Shown: positions 9,827 through 20,019, numbered from the stretch's first letter. The stretch is DNA of 64,000 nucleotides from Eubacteriales bacterium (GCA_045543955.1 JAZPYB010000023.1:65499-129498); one strand, 5' to 3'. Program-made: numbers and translations. The notes: generated from the letters alone by a model not told the origin.

Positions 9827-10918
9827 ATGACTAAAAAAAGAAACGGATATCTTGATGTTATAAAATTTTTATTTGCCATAATTATTGCAGAATTTCATGT
9901 GGGAGCAGGCGTTTTTCCTGGCGGAAGACTCGCAGTAGAAGGCTTCTTTATGATAACAGGATATTTTATGATGAATTCCATTGAAAAGGATAAGTATAGT
10001 GCTGAGCAAGCAGGACTTTCAACAGTAAAGTTTTTGATTCGAAAATATAAAGGATTGTTTTTTATTTTACTATCTTCAGCAATTGTTGGATTTGTTGTTC
10101 ATTGCGTGTCCTACAGCTTTACAGGCGAAGTGTCGTTCCAAAAGCTATTGCTATTATCATTTGATGTGTTCCCACTTAACGCAGCAGGCTTCAAGGGCTT
10201 TTATATCGTTGGAATTTCGTGGTATCTTTCAGCTATGTTTATAGCGTTGGCTATTTTGTATCCACTTGTAAGAAAATTTAAAACTAATTTTGTATTAATA
10301 GTGTGTCCGCTGATAGTTTTTCTTGGCTATGGAATTTTGTCTGCAAAGTATGGAAATCTTGCAGTTGGAACTACATATATAGAAAACACATTGCTTCACA
10401 CGGGTATTATTCGCGGACTTTCCGGATGCGCAGCAGGATGCTTAATTTATGAAATTAGCAAGCGTATAGGTGGCAAGGAATTGACTCGCTTTGCAAGAAT
10501 AAGCTTTACAGCGCTTGAGCTACTTGCTTTTGCTATGATGTTTTATTTAATGCATAACTTACCAAAGAGTCAATTTGATTATGTTCTGGTGTTTATCATT
10601 TTTGGTATGCTATTAATAGGAATAAATGGTTTATCATATACATCATATTTGTGGAATCCTAAATGGACAAAGCCGTTTGGAACAATGAGCACATTGATAG
10701 TATTAAACCATTTCTATTGGATTCATTTTATAAGTACAAAATTAAAGCACTGGGAAAGAAATGAAAAAATATGGGCATTTTTTGGATTTTGCATTTGCTC
10801 ATGCATAGTGGTTTATTTAATGAGCAGAGCAATAGAGCTTATATTCAGCAAGCTATTCCAAAAAAAGCTATGGATTAAAGAAAAAGCAACTGAAGAAAAT
10901 TCACCGGATGCACAATAA
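9827..10918 (+). CDS. acyltransferase family 3 (O-acyltransferase) membrane protein
   Basis: N-terminal YLDVIKFLFAIIIAEFHV, polytopic, 363 aa. Confidence 0.7.
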   Translation: MTKKRNGYLDVIKFLFAIIIAEFHVGAGVFPGGRLAVEGFFMITGYFMMNSIEKDKYSAEQAGLSTVKFLIRKYKGLFFILLSSAIVGFVVHCVSYSFTGEVSFQKLLLLSFDVFPLNAAGFKGFYIVGISWYLSAMFIALAILYPLVRKFKTNFVLIVCPLIVFLGYGILSAKYGNLAVGTTYIENTLLHTGIIRGLSGCAAGCLIYEISKRIGGKELTRFARISFTALELLAFAMMFYLMHNLPKSQFDYVLVFIIFGMLLIGINGLSYTSYLWNPKWTKPFGTMSTLIVLNHFYWIHFISTKLKHWERNEKIWAFFGFCICSCIVVYLMSRAIELIFSKLFQKKLWIKEKATEENSPDAQ

Positions 10919-11070
10919 ATTTAGAAACAAAAAAAAGACTACAAACAACTGTAGGGGAGGGACTTGCTCCTCCCTTTGTGATGGAGTAAAATGCAAAAAG
11001 AGACTCTAAGAAGCCTTCTCCAGTAGGAGAAGTTGTCAACGAAGTTGACGGATGAGGTGTATATGGTAGG

Positions 11071-11105
11071 AAAAAAGGACACCGAAATGGTGTCCTTTTT
11101 GTTTG
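11071..11105. repeat. 35-nt perfect direct repeat (terminator hairpin), copy 1
   Basis: aaaaaaggacaccgaaatggtgtcctttttgtttg, identical to 11492-11526. Confidence 0.9.
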
Positions 11106-11345
11106 TGAAGGGGCGATAAAAAATATTTTTCGCCTTTTTACGTTTAGGTTTGAACTCTCGCGTATTCGTTTTATAATAAATTGCTTTTCGACTGACGGGA
11201 GAAAAGCTACATCAGCACCTTTTCACTATTCACTATTACTTATTACTTTCGCCAAAAATCGACAAGGATTTAGTGAAAAGTGAAGAGTGAAGAGAGAAGA
11301 GGTAATAAGTAAAAATCGACAAGCTTCTGTTGAAACTTGTAGATT

Positions 11346-11364
11346 TTTGGCGGAGATGAGTGGA
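11346..11364 (-). repeat. 19-nt duplicate of the tRNA-Ser 3' end and flank (att-like)
   Basis: tttggcggagatgagtgga is identical to 11523-11541, which covers the acceptor and T-stem 3' strand of tRNA-Ser. Confidence 0.85.
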
Positions 11365-11465
11365 GGCTTTTTCTTTGAAAAAGAGCTGCGCCGAGCCTTA
11401 TGTCGGCAAGCCACAACGTCTTTCGTCGCACTTATGCACCACATTTGTGTCAAAGACACAAGGAG
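11348..11465 (+). repeat. Dispersed non-coding repeat, related to 25-141 in inverted orientation
   Basis: ggcggagatgagtggaggctttttctttgaaaaagag...ggcaagccacaacgtctttcgtcg... aligns by eye with the reverse complement of 25-141. Confidence 0.55.
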
Positions 11466-11491
11466 TGGCGCAAAACACCACCCACAGAAAC

Positions 11492-11526
11492 AAAAAAGGA
11501 CACCGAAATGGTGTCCTTTTTGTTTG
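11492..11526. repeat. 35-nt perfect direct repeat (terminator hairpin), copy 2, abutting tRNA-Ser
   Basis: Identical to 11071-11105. Confidence 0.9.
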
Positions 11527-11615
11527 GCGGAGATGAGTGGATTTGAACCACCGCGCCGGTTACCCGACCTACACCCTTAGCAGGGGCGCCTCTTCGGCCA
11601 CTTGAGTACATCTCC
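11525..11615 (-). tRNA. tRNA-Ser (anticodon GCT), long variable arm, encoded CCA
   Basis: Reverse complement GGAGATGTACTCAAGTGGCCGAAGAGGCGCCCCTGCTAAGGGTG...GGTTCAAATCCACTCATCTCCGCCA. The anticodon loop is CT-GCT-AA. Confidence 0.9.
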
Positions 11616-11897
11616 ATAAAATGTACGCAACCAAGGTTGCACAAAACCGCCGTTTACTCTAAAAAATCATTAAAAATTCGATAGAATAGCACGGTGCTAT
11701 CGACTTTGCCATTAAATTATACACAATTTTATTCACCTTGTCAATACTTTTTTTCTTTTTATTTACTTTAAATCAATAGCTTGCAAAGAAATTTATGGTT
11801 ATTTTGATTTTTTATATAATAAAATTATATAATTCGACTTTACACCTTGTTTCCTTTGTGCTATACTTTAGTTGTAGTTGCTTTTTTGGGGGATTTT

Positions 11898-12899
11898 ATG
11901 AAATATACCTATAAGGACAAGCCAATAAAGGTTTTTGGAGTACCTAATATAGAAAAAACTGGTATATTCGAAAGATTGCCAGCCAAATTAAGAGAAAAAA
12001 TGCCATCACTTGAGTTTTTAGGTAGGCGCACACCCGGTGCAAGACTTGGATTTAGAACCGATGCGCCATCGTTTACAGTGAAAATCGCGCTTGAAACTCT
12101 ATCTCTTGATATTGGTCTTTCAATTTATTCTTGCCAAAGTGCATTCGTATATTGGGGAGAGCGCCAGAATTCAAAGCTTTTAGGATTGGTTAACCCGCCA
12201 AATTACGAAACGAAAGACTTTGAACAAACCTTTTCAAAGCCCGAGGGCATGGATGAAATTACCATTTGGCTACCTCGCAACGAGATAATTTCAAATGTAG
12301 AAATTGAAATTCCAGACGGGTATAGCGTAGAGGAGCCAACAGCATATAAATACTCGATTCCTGCACTTTATTATGGCTCGTCAATTACAGAGGAGGCGGC
12401 GGCCGCTAACCAATGCGCAAGCTACAATGCGTTAATTTCAAGGCATTTAGACCTTGATTACTATAATTTCGGATTCTCCGGTAACTGCAAGGGAGAATTG
12501 GAGATGGCAGACTATATAAATACGCTTGATATTTCTGTTTTAGTCTACGATTATGACCATAATGCGCCAACTCCCGAGCATTTAAAAGAAACACACGAAA
12601 AATTCTTTAATCGAATAAGAGAGAAAAAGCCAAACCTACCTGTTGTTATGGTTACACGTCCGACAGCTACCTTTGACGAGGATGCTAAAATACGCCGAGA
12701 CATTGTTAAAAAAACATATGAAAATGCGCTCAAAAAAGGCGATGAGCATGTTTATTTTGTAGATGGCGAGGAGTTTTTTAAGGATTTCCCAGACAAAGAG
12801 GTGTGCTTTACCGACACCATTCACCCAACCGACCTCGGATTTTATAAAATGGCAGAGAAAATTGAGCCTGTAATTAAAAGAGCTTTGACAAAGGCGTAA
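11898..12899 (+). CDS. SGNH/GDSL-type hydrolase (probable carbohydrate acetylesterase)
   Basis: YYGSSITE (block I Ser) and DTIHPTDLG (block V D-x-x-H). ATG 11898 follows GGGGGA. Confidence 0.65.
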   Translation: MKYTYKDKPIKVFGVPNIEKTGIFERLPAKLREKMPSLEFLGRRTPGARLGFRTDAPSFTVKIALETLSLDIGLSIYSCQSAFVYWGERQNSKLLGLVNPPNYETKDFEQTFSKPEGMDEITIWLPRNEIISNVEIEIPDGYSVEEPTAYKYSIPALYYGSSITEEAAAANQCASYNALISRHLDLDYYNFGFSGNCKGELEMADYINTLDISVLVYDYDHNAPTPEHLKETHEKFFNRIREKKPNLPVVMVTRPTATFDEDAKIRRDIVKKTYENALKKGDEHVYFVDGEEFFKDFPDKEVCFTDTIHPTDLGFYKMAEKIEPVIKRALTKA

Positions 12900-12938
12900 A
12901 ATTAACATACACTTTGACGTTTCGCACAAGGAGAAAAA

Positions 12939-14174
12939 ATGATTAAGGTTAAAGGACGAGTAAGGGCTATCGCATGGCTTTTGTGCCTTGCATACTTTGC
13001 AAGCTACGTTATGCGTATCAACCTTTCAGTTATGATTGTTGAGGTATATACAAGCCTTGGCAAAACGAAGGACGAGGTTGCCATTGTATTGACAGCACTC
13101 ACAATTACATACGGCTTAGGTCAAATCTTTTGTGGAATCTTGGGTGACAAGTTAAAGCCAAGACTTATTTTGACTATCGGATTTATAATAGCAATTTCTT
13201 GTAATATAGCGATGTTTTTTACAGAGAGCATTGTGTTGATGACAATAATTTGGGCAATAAACGGCTTAGGCCACGCAATGTTTTGGCCGCCGATAGTTAA
13301 ATTGATGGCGCAAAACCTAACCGAGGCTGAATATTCATACGCAACGGTAAGGGTTACTTGGGGCTCGTCGTTTGCAACAATTTTATTATACCTTGCGTGT
13401 CCATTCTTGCTTTTTATTATGAGCTGGCGCGCGATTATGCTAATATGTGCAGTTGTTGGAATTATCATTATGGCTTTGTGGATTATTTTATACCCAAAGC
13501 TGTTTGGTGGCTCAAGTAATATAATGGATGACTTCAAAGCGCCCAAGGAGGAGGGAGTCAAGCCACCTAAATACATCTTTTTGCCACTTGCACTCATTAT
13601 GCTAGCAATAATTATGCAGGGTGCGCTTCGCGATGGAGTAACTGCTTGGATGCCATCTTACCTTGTAGAAGCCTTTAAAATTCCAAGCAAATGGTCTATT
13701 CTCATTACAGTAATACTCGCTGTTTTCAGTATAATAAGCTTTACCTTGTTTGACTATATAAACAGTCGATTTTTCAAAAACGAAATCTTATCAGCTGCCT
13801 TTATTTTTGGCTTGGCAACGGTTTCGGCTATCTTACTTTTTGTTAGCAATTTATTTGGTATAGCAATACCATCAATTATACTTATGGCAATTTTGGTTGC
13901 ATGTATGCATGGTACAAACCTGATGCTAATCGGCTTTGCGCCTAAGCGCTTCAAAAGGAGCGGTAAGGTGTCAACCTATTCGGGAATTATGAATGCGTGT
14001 ACCTATATAGGTGCAGCAATTTCAACCTATGCCTTTGTTGCTATCTCTAATAGCTTCGGCTGGGGAATAACAATAGGAATTTGGGTAGCAATAGCGTTTA
14101 TAGGCTGTGTACTTTGTATATTTGCACTCCCTAAATGGAAAAAATTCAAAAACGAATACGATAGAGAGGAATAA
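12939..14174 (+). CDS. MFS transporter
   Basis: 411 aa, about 12 TM segments, GDKLKPR loop motif. Confidence 0.75.
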   Translation: MIKVKGRVRAIAWLLCLAYFASYVMRINLSVMIVEVYTSLGKTKDEVAIVLTALTITYGLGQIFCGILGDKLKPRLILTIGFIIAISCNIAMFFTESIVLMTIIWAINGLGHAMFWPPIVKLMAQNLTEAEYSYATVRVTWGSSFATILLYLACPFLLFIMSWRAIMLICAVVGIIIMALWIILYPKLFGGSSNIMDDFKAPKEEGVKPPKYIFLPLALIMLAIIMQGALRDGVTAWMPSYLVEAFKIPSKWSILITVILAVFSIISFTLFDYINSRFFKNEILSAAFIFGLATVSAILLFVSNLFGIAIPSIILMAILVACMHGTNLMLIGFAPKRFKRSGKVSTYSGIMNACTYIGAAISTYAFVAISNSFGWGITIGIWVAIAFIGCVLCIFALPKWKKFKNEYDREE

Positions 14175-14176
14175 AA

Positions 14177-16336
14177 ATGAAAGCACAAGAAATTTTAAAT
14201 GGTATGACTCTTGAAGAGAAAATTTATCATCTCGTTCAAATGACAACAATGACATACCTAAAGTCAGACGGAACAGACATTGTAACAGGTCCTAATAGCA
14301 CTATGCAGCTTGATAAGGAGTATATTTATGATGTAGGAACGCTTCTTAATCTTGTTGGCGCACAAACAATGATTGATGCACAAACAAATTTCTTAAAGGG
14401 TAGCAAAAAGAAGATACCACCTATTTTTATGCAGGATGTTATTCACGGACATAGAACCCTTTATCCAATCAACCTCGGTGTTGCCGCATCCTTTGACCGT
14501 ATACTTGCTCACGATGTAGCAGAGATGGCAGCAAAGGAGGCAAGCCTTGACGGTGTTAGCGTTGCGTTTGCTCCAATGGTGGACCTTGTGCGTGACCCAC
14601 GCTGGGGGCGCGTTATGGAGTCATCAGGAGAGGACCCATATCTAAATGGTGAAATGGCAGCTGCAACAGTTAAGGGCTTCCAAGGCGATATGGGCAAATA
14701 TAATATTGCTGCTTGCGTTAAGCACTATGCCGCATATGGTGGTGCTGAGGCAGGACGTGATTACAACACAGTTGATATGAGTGAAAGAACTTTAAGACAA
14801 TACTATTTGCCACCATATAAGGCTGCAGTTGATGCTGGCGTAAAAATGGTAATGACCGCATTTAATATCGTTGATGGTGTTCCTTGTGCAGGAAACAAGT
14901 GGCTCGTTAAGGATATATTGCGCGATGAGTGGGGCTTTGATGGTGTAGTTATCAGTGACTATAGCGCGTTTGAGGAAATGAGAAACCACGGTAACTGTAA
15001 AGACAGAAAGGACTGTGCATATCTCGCTATGGAGGCAACAGAGGACATTGAAATGATGTCGCCTTGCTATGCGCATCATCTAAAGGAGCTAGTTGAAGAG
15101 GGCAAAATTTCCATTGAACAAATTGACAATGCTGTTTTGCGTGTGCTCAAGCTTAAAGAGGAGCTTGGCGTGTTTGAAAATCCTTACCGTTCAGTAAACG
15201 TAGAGGAGGCGGCAAGAGTTCAAGTAGGACCTGAGCATAGAGCACTAGCAAGATACGCAAGTGAACAGAGCGCAGTTTTACTTAAAAACGACGGCATTTT
15301 GCCATTATCTAAGGACATAAAGAGTGTTGCTGTTATCGGACCAAATGCCAACACAGGCGCAATTCACGGTAGCTGGCAATGTGGTGGTAAGATTGACGAA
15401 ACAATTACAGTTTTAGAGGGCGTTAAAAACATTGTAGGCGACAGAGCCTTTTACGCTAAGGGCTGTAATATTGAATATGATTCAACTGATGAATCAATGA
15501 TTGATGAGGCTGTTGAGCTTGCATCTAAGGTTGATGCCGTAATTCTTTGTCTTGGCGAGCATCAAGACTATTCGGGAGAGGGCAACTGCCGTACAAATAT
15601 TGAAATCCCTGCTATACAGTACAAGCTACTTGATAAGATTTTAGAGGTTAATAAAAACACAGTTGTTGCGCTCTTTGCAGGCAGACCGCTTGCAATTTGG
15701 GAGCTTGACAAAAAAGCACCAGCAATTCTTGATATGTGGATGCCGGGCACCGAGGGTGGTAACGCTTGCGCTAACCTTATTTTTGGTAACGCAGTTCCAT
15801 CCGGAAAAATTACAATGACATTTCCACGCGTGCTTGGTCAAGTGCCAATCTACTATAACGCATATAGAACAGGCAGACCAAAACTCGAGGAGGACGACTT
15901 CAATCGTGTTCGCTTTACCTCGTCTTACCTTGATATGCCAAATAGCCCACTTTACCCATTTGGCTATGGTTTGTCATATACCGAGTTTGAATATAGCGAC
16001 TTCAAATTAAGCGCAAGCACAATGAAACGCGACGAAACCTTGCTTGCTTCCGTTAAGGTTAAAAATGTAGGTAAGTATAAGGCTAAGGAAGCAGTTCAAT
16101 TCTACATTCGCGATGTTGTTGGCTCGGTTGTAAGACCAATGAAGGAATTAAAGGGCTTTGAAAAGATTGAGCTTGATGTTGGCGAAGAAAAGGTAGTAGA
16201 ATTTAATATTACTGAAGAAACATTAAAATACTGGAACAAGGAAATAAAGTTTGTAGCAGAAAGCGGCGAGTTTGAGGTGTTTATCGGTAAGGATTCAACC
16301 TGCAAGCCTTTTGCAAGCTTTGAATTAGTTGATTAA
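14177..16336 (+). CDS. glycoside hydrolase family 3 beta-glucosidase/xylosidase-like
   Basis: DPRWGR, KHYAAYG and SDY (nucleophile region) motifs. C-terminal FnIII-like domain. Confidence 0.85.
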   Translation: MKAQEILNGMTLEEKIYHLVQMTTMTYLKSDGTDIVTGPNSTMQLDKEYIYDVGTLLNLVGAQTMIDAQTNFLKGSKKKIPPIFMQDVIHGHRTLYPINLGVAASFDRILAHDVAEMAAKEASLDGVSVAFAPMVDLVRDPRWGRVMESSGEDPYLNGEMAAATVKGFQGDMGKYNIAACVKHYAAYGGAEAGRDYNTVDMSERTLRQYYLPPYKAAVDAGVKMVMTAFNIVDGVPCAGNKWLVKDILRDEWGFDGVVISDYSAFEEMRNHGNCKDRKDCAYLAMEATEDIEMMSPCYAHHLKELVEEGKISIEQIDNAVLRVLKLKEELGVFENPYRSVNVEEAARVQVGPEHRALARYASEQSAVLLKNDGILPLSKDIKSVAVIGPNANTGAIHGSWQCGGKIDETITVLEGVKNIVGDRAFYAKGCNIEYDSTDESMIDEAVELASKVDAVILCLGEHQDYSGEGNCRTNIEIPAIQYKLLDKILEVNKNTVVALFAGRPLAIWELDKKAPAILDMWMPGTEGGNACANLIFGNAVPSGKITMTFPRVLGQVPIYYNAYRTGRPKLEEDDFNRVRFTSSYLDMPNSPLYPFGYGLSYTEFEYSDFKLSASTMKRDETLLASVKVKNVGKYKAKEAVQFYIRDVVGSVVRPMKELKGFEKIELDVGEEKVVEFNITEETLKYWNKEIKFVAESGEFEVFIGKDSTCKPFASFELVD

Positions 16337-16348
16337 TTAGGAGTAGTT

Positions 16349-17920
16349 ATGTTTTTTAAAACCCAAATTAAGGAAAACGAATACTTTTGGGGTGGAGAGG
16401 TTCTTAGCGCAACAGATATGCCTATTAACAAGGACTCCAAATACTCAAAGGATTTTAGAATCGACGCAACTAACCAAATGATGCCACTATTTATTTCAAA
16501 TATGGGCAGATATATTTGGAGCGATAAAAGCTTTAGAGTTTGGGTAGAAAACGGAGAACTATGCTTTGAGGGAGATGCCCCGTTTGAGCTTTATGAGGGT
16601 GGCAAAACCTTGCGTGATGCTTATCTTTCGGCAATGGAGAAGCATTTCCCGTTTGAAGAAACACGAAAAAACGGCAAAACATTGCCTCGTGAGTTTTTTA
16701 AAACGGCTCAGTTTAACACTTGGATAGAGTTTACCTATGACCCAACGCAAGAGGGCGTTTTAGAATACGCTCACGCAATAATCGACAATGGCTTTGACCC
16801 TGGGATTTTGATGATTGACGAGGGGTGGCACACAAGATACGGACAGTGGAAATTCGATTTTCACAAGTTCCCAGACCCGAAGGCTATGATAGATGAGCTA
16901 CACGCACTTGGCTTTATTGTTATGCTGTGGGTAACTCCTATGGTAACCGCTGATGGCGTTGATTTTTGCAAATCCACGAGAGCTTTGTTTAACCCCGAAA
17001 GCTATAACGACCTGTTTTTGCGAAATAAAGAGGGCAAGGTCGCACTTATTGAGTGGTGGAATGGTTATTCAGCCATCCTTGATTTGAGAAAGGAATGCGA
17101 CCAAAAATATTTGGGAGAAAAGCTTGACTTCTTAATGCAAGAGTATGGAGTTGATGGCTTTAAGTTTGATGGTGGCTCTTATTATATGTACTCACACGAG
17201 GCTATGATAAATGGCACCCCAAGAGACGACCACGACCAAGAGGCTTTAAACATAGCTTGGAATGAGTTTGGTGCAAAATACAAATTCCACGAGTATAAGG
17301 ATACATTTAAGGGTGGCGGAAAGCCAACAATTCAACGCCTTTGCGACCGTGAGCACGTTTGGGAGGGTGGTGGAATTAATTCCCTTATGCCTTGCGCAAT
17401 TTTGCAAGGACTGTTTGGCCATCCGTTCATTTGCCCCGATATGGTAGGTGGTGGTAGTTGGACTGACGATTACCAACCAAACTTCAAAATTGACGAGGAG
17501 CTATTCATTAGAATGGCCTGGGCATCAGCCCTATTCCCAATGATGCAGTTTTCACGCGCACCGTGGAAGTGTCTTTCAAAGGAATCATATGATATAATTG
17601 TTGATGCTTACAAGCTACATAACTCTATGTCAGACAAGATAATATCTTTGGTTGAAAACGCAGAAAAAACAGGTGAGCCAATTCTTCGCTCCCTTGAATA
17701 TAACGACCCACACAATGGCTATGTAACTATAACCGACGAGTTTATGCTCGGCAAGGACATTTTAGTTTGCCCTGTTATTACAAAGGGAACAACTAAAAAG
17801 AAAATAACCTTCCCACAAGGTAAATGGCAAGATGATAACGGCAATATCTACAACGGCAGAGATGTGGTAGAATTATCAACCCCATTAAATAAACTACTAT
17901 GGTTTAGAAGAGTAAAATAA
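16349..17920 (+). CDS. glycoside hydrolase family 31 (short form)
   Basis: IDEGW...W.FD...FPDP, GFKFDGG and DMVGG motifs. Confidence 0.7.
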   Translation: MFFKTQIKENEYFWGGEVLSATDMPINKDSKYSKDFRIDATNQMMPLFISNMGRYIWSDKSFRVWVENGELCFEGDAPFELYEGGKTLRDAYLSAMEKHFPFEETRKNGKTLPREFFKTAQFNTWIEFTYDPTQEGVLEYAHAIIDNGFDPGILMIDEGWHTRYGQWKFDFHKFPDPKAMIDELHALGFIVMLWVTPMVTADGVDFCKSTRALFNPESYNDLFLRNKEGKVALIEWWNGYSAILDLRKECDQKYLGEKLDFLMQEYGVDGFKFDGGSYYMYSHEAMINGTPRDDHDQEALNIAWNEFGAKYKFHEYKDTFKGGGKPTIQRLCDREHVWEGGGINSLMPCAILQGLFGHPFICPDMVGGGSWTDDYQPNFKIDEELFIRMAWASALFPMMQFSRAPWKCLSKESYDIIVDAYKLHNSMSDKIISLVENAEKTGEPILRSLEYNDPHNGYVTITDEFMLGKDILVCPVITKGTTKKKITFPQGKWQDDNGNIYNGRDVVELSTPLNKLLWFRRVK

Positions 17921-17923
17921 ATA

Positions 17924-17953
17924 AAAGGCACAGGTTTTCCTGTGCCTTTTTGA
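17924..17953 (+). terminator. rho-independent terminator
   Basis: aggcacagg-ttttc-ctgtgcct plus TTTTT. Confidence 0.7.
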
Positions 17954-17969
17954 TTGCTTGGTTAGTTCA

Positions 17970-18995
17970 TTATCTTTGAACTCTTCCGCTTCCGCCGCCC
18001 TTAATAAGTCCTTCAACCTCTTTAACGCTAACTAGGTTGTAGTCGCCGATAATTGTGTGCTTGAGACAAGAAGCAGCTACTGCAAACTCAATAACATCTT
18101 GGCTGGACTTGTTCATAAGTGAAGCGTAAATCAAGCCGCCGCCAAATGAGTCTCCGCCACCAACACGGTCAACAATATGAATGTTATATGAGCGTGAGAA
18201 ATAATACTCATTTTCGTTTGCATCATAGAGCATAGCAGCCCAAATGTTGTCATTAGCTGAAATGCTTGTACGAAGTGTGATAGCAACTCTCTTAAAGCCA
18301 AAACGAGCTGAAAGCTGAGATGCAACACTCTTGTATCCCTCGTGGTTAACAACGCCGGCATCAACATCTGTGTTTTCAGCCTTGATTCCGAATACCTTTT
18401 CGGCATCCTCCTCGTTTGCAATGCAAACGTCAACTAACTTCATAAGCTCACCCATAACCTTGCCAGCCTCGTCGGTTGTCCAAAGATTTTTACGGTAGTT
18501 AAGGTCACAGCTTGTAGTAATACCCTTTGCACGGCAAACCTTTAATGCATCCATACAAATTTCAGGGAGCTCGCCACCGAGTGCCGGAGTAATGCCTGTG
18601 AAGTGGAACCAGTTAGCACCGTCGAGGATTTTTTCCCAATCAAAATCGCTTCTCTTGGCAAGAGCAATAGCAGAGTAAGCGCGGTCGTAAATAACCTTTG
18701 ATGGTCTTTGTGATGCGCCAGTCTCAAGATAATAAATACCAACGCGCTCGCCGCCTCTTACGATATCGCTTGTGTCAACGCCGTATCTGCGGAGTGAGTT
18801 AACTGCGCTTTGTCCAATCTCGTGAGATGGGAGCTTTGTAACATATGAAGCGTCAATGCCATAGTTAGCAAGTGAAACCGCAACATTAGCCTCACCTCCG
18901 CCATATGTTGCACCGAATGTATCGGTTTGGATAAATCTTGTGTATCCAGCCGGATTGAGTCTTAGCATAATTTCGCCAAAGCATACTGTTTTCAT
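17970..18995 (-). CDS. kdgK: 2-dehydro-3-deoxygluconokinase (PfkB family)
   Basis: N-terminus VCFGEIMLRLNP.G..RF.Q and C-terminal GGGDSF. Confidence 0.75.
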   Translation of the reverse strand: MKTVCFGEIMLRLNPAGYTRFIQTDTFGATYGGGEANVAVSLANYGIDASYVTKLPSHEIGQSAVNSLRRYGVDTSDIVRGGERVGIYYLETGASQRPSKVIYDRAYSAIALAKRSDFDWEKILDGANWFHFTGITPALGGELPEICMDALKVCRAKGITTSCDLNYRKNLWTTDEAGKVMGELMKLVDVCIANEEDAEKVFGIKAENTDVDAGVVNHEGYKSVASQLSARFGFKRVAITLRTSISANDNIWAAMLYDANENEYYFSRSYNIHIVDRVGGGDSFGGGLIYASLMNKSSQDVIEFAVAASCLKHTIIGDYNLVSVKEVEGLIKGGGSGRVQR

Positions 18996-19050
18996 AATAT
19001 AACCTCTTTAAATAAATATTGTCAAATAAATTATATATTAAATTTTGAGC

Positions 19051-19935
19051 TTAGTCAAGGCTTTGATTATATTTTTCATAGTAGAAAAGATATTGTTGAG
19101 CAATGCCTGCGTGCTTTCCGAGAGCTGTGTGATCAAATGAGCCATCAAAATGGCGCTCAATTGCGCGCTTCATCCAAACATCAATTGGAAAAGCCTCGGT
19201 CTTTTCAAAGCCGAAAAGCAAGGCGCAAGAGGCAACCTTGAGTCCTACGCCCTTGATTTTAGAAAGCTCGCAAAGGGCTGTCTCAAAATCGCTTTCCTTT
19301 ACTATATCAAGAGAAATTTCACCCGAGGTAACTCTTGATGCCGCATCGTGAATGTATTTAGCACGAAAGCCGGTTTTCAATTCAAATAGAGCATCAACCC
19401 CAGCGTTATATAGAGACTCTGATGTGGGGAAGGAATAATATATCTTTCCGTAAAAATCAATTCTTTCACCATATTTTTCACACATCTTGGCTATAATTTT
19501 TTTAATTCTGGGTATATTGTTATTTTGAGAGATAATAAATGAGCAAAGCGCTTCCCACATATCTTGTCTTAAAATTCTAATGCCACGCGAATATTCAGTG
19601 GCAAGTGTCATATGGCTTGAATTTGACGTTTTTATAATGCTTTCGTCAATTTCATCATAGTCAACATCTAAGGAGAGAAAACGTGCCCAAATTGACTCAA
19701 AATCGTCTTTTGTTGAGCCATAAACAAAGAGCTCGTTTTCGTTGCTCTGTGCAAAGACAACATACTTGCCAAAAGCCACGCCACCAAACTCATACTTGTG
19801 CCCGAAAATGGAAACCGGGTCAAATCTAAAGCACTGACCACAATCAAAGGTTTTAAAAATATTAAGCCTTGGTATGTTTTCTAGGTGCACATAGGGTATT
19901 TTATTTTCGTATAAGTCCTCGCAGAGTGTGTACAT
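19051..19935 (-). CDS. ogg: 8-oxoguanine DNA glycosylase / AP lyase (clostridial Ogg type, HhH-GPD)
   Basis: IKGVGLKVASCALLFGF...AFPIDVW HhH-GPD motif, 294 aa. Confidence 0.7.
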   Translation of the reverse strand: MYTLCEDLYENKIPYVHLENIPRLNIFKTFDCGQCFRFDPVSIFGHKYEFGGVAFGKYVVFAQSNENELFVYGSTKDDFESIWARFLSLDVDYDEIDESIIKTSNSSHMTLATEYSRGIRILRQDMWEALCSFIISQNNNIPRIKKIIAKMCEKYGERIDFYGKIYYSFPTSESLYNAGVDALFELKTGFRAKYIHDAASRVTSGEISLDIVKESDFETALCELSKIKGVGLKVASCALLFGFEKTEAFPIDVWMKRAIERHFDGSFDHTALGKHAGIAQQYLFYYEKYNQSLD

Positions 19936-20019
19936 AGCTTTATCCTTTCAAAAAACTCTTGAACTTTTCTAATTATACCATTATAATATAATTAAGTCAA
20001 CATTAAAGGTGGTAAAAAC

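Noticed and set aside
5176-11526. Repeated terminator hairpins (5184/5801 and 11071/11492) as a possible CRISPR array
   Set aside because: There are only two copies each. They are separated by a gene or by 386 nt of unrelated sequence and are followed by T-runs. No regular repeat-spacer periodicity and no cas genes are present.
11226-11580. ORFs 11226-11459 (-) and 11287-11580 (+) in the tRNA-Ser flank
   Set aside because: They overlap each other, the tRNA gene and the repeat modules. They have no RBS and the translated sequences look random. The region is better explained as non-coding repeats.
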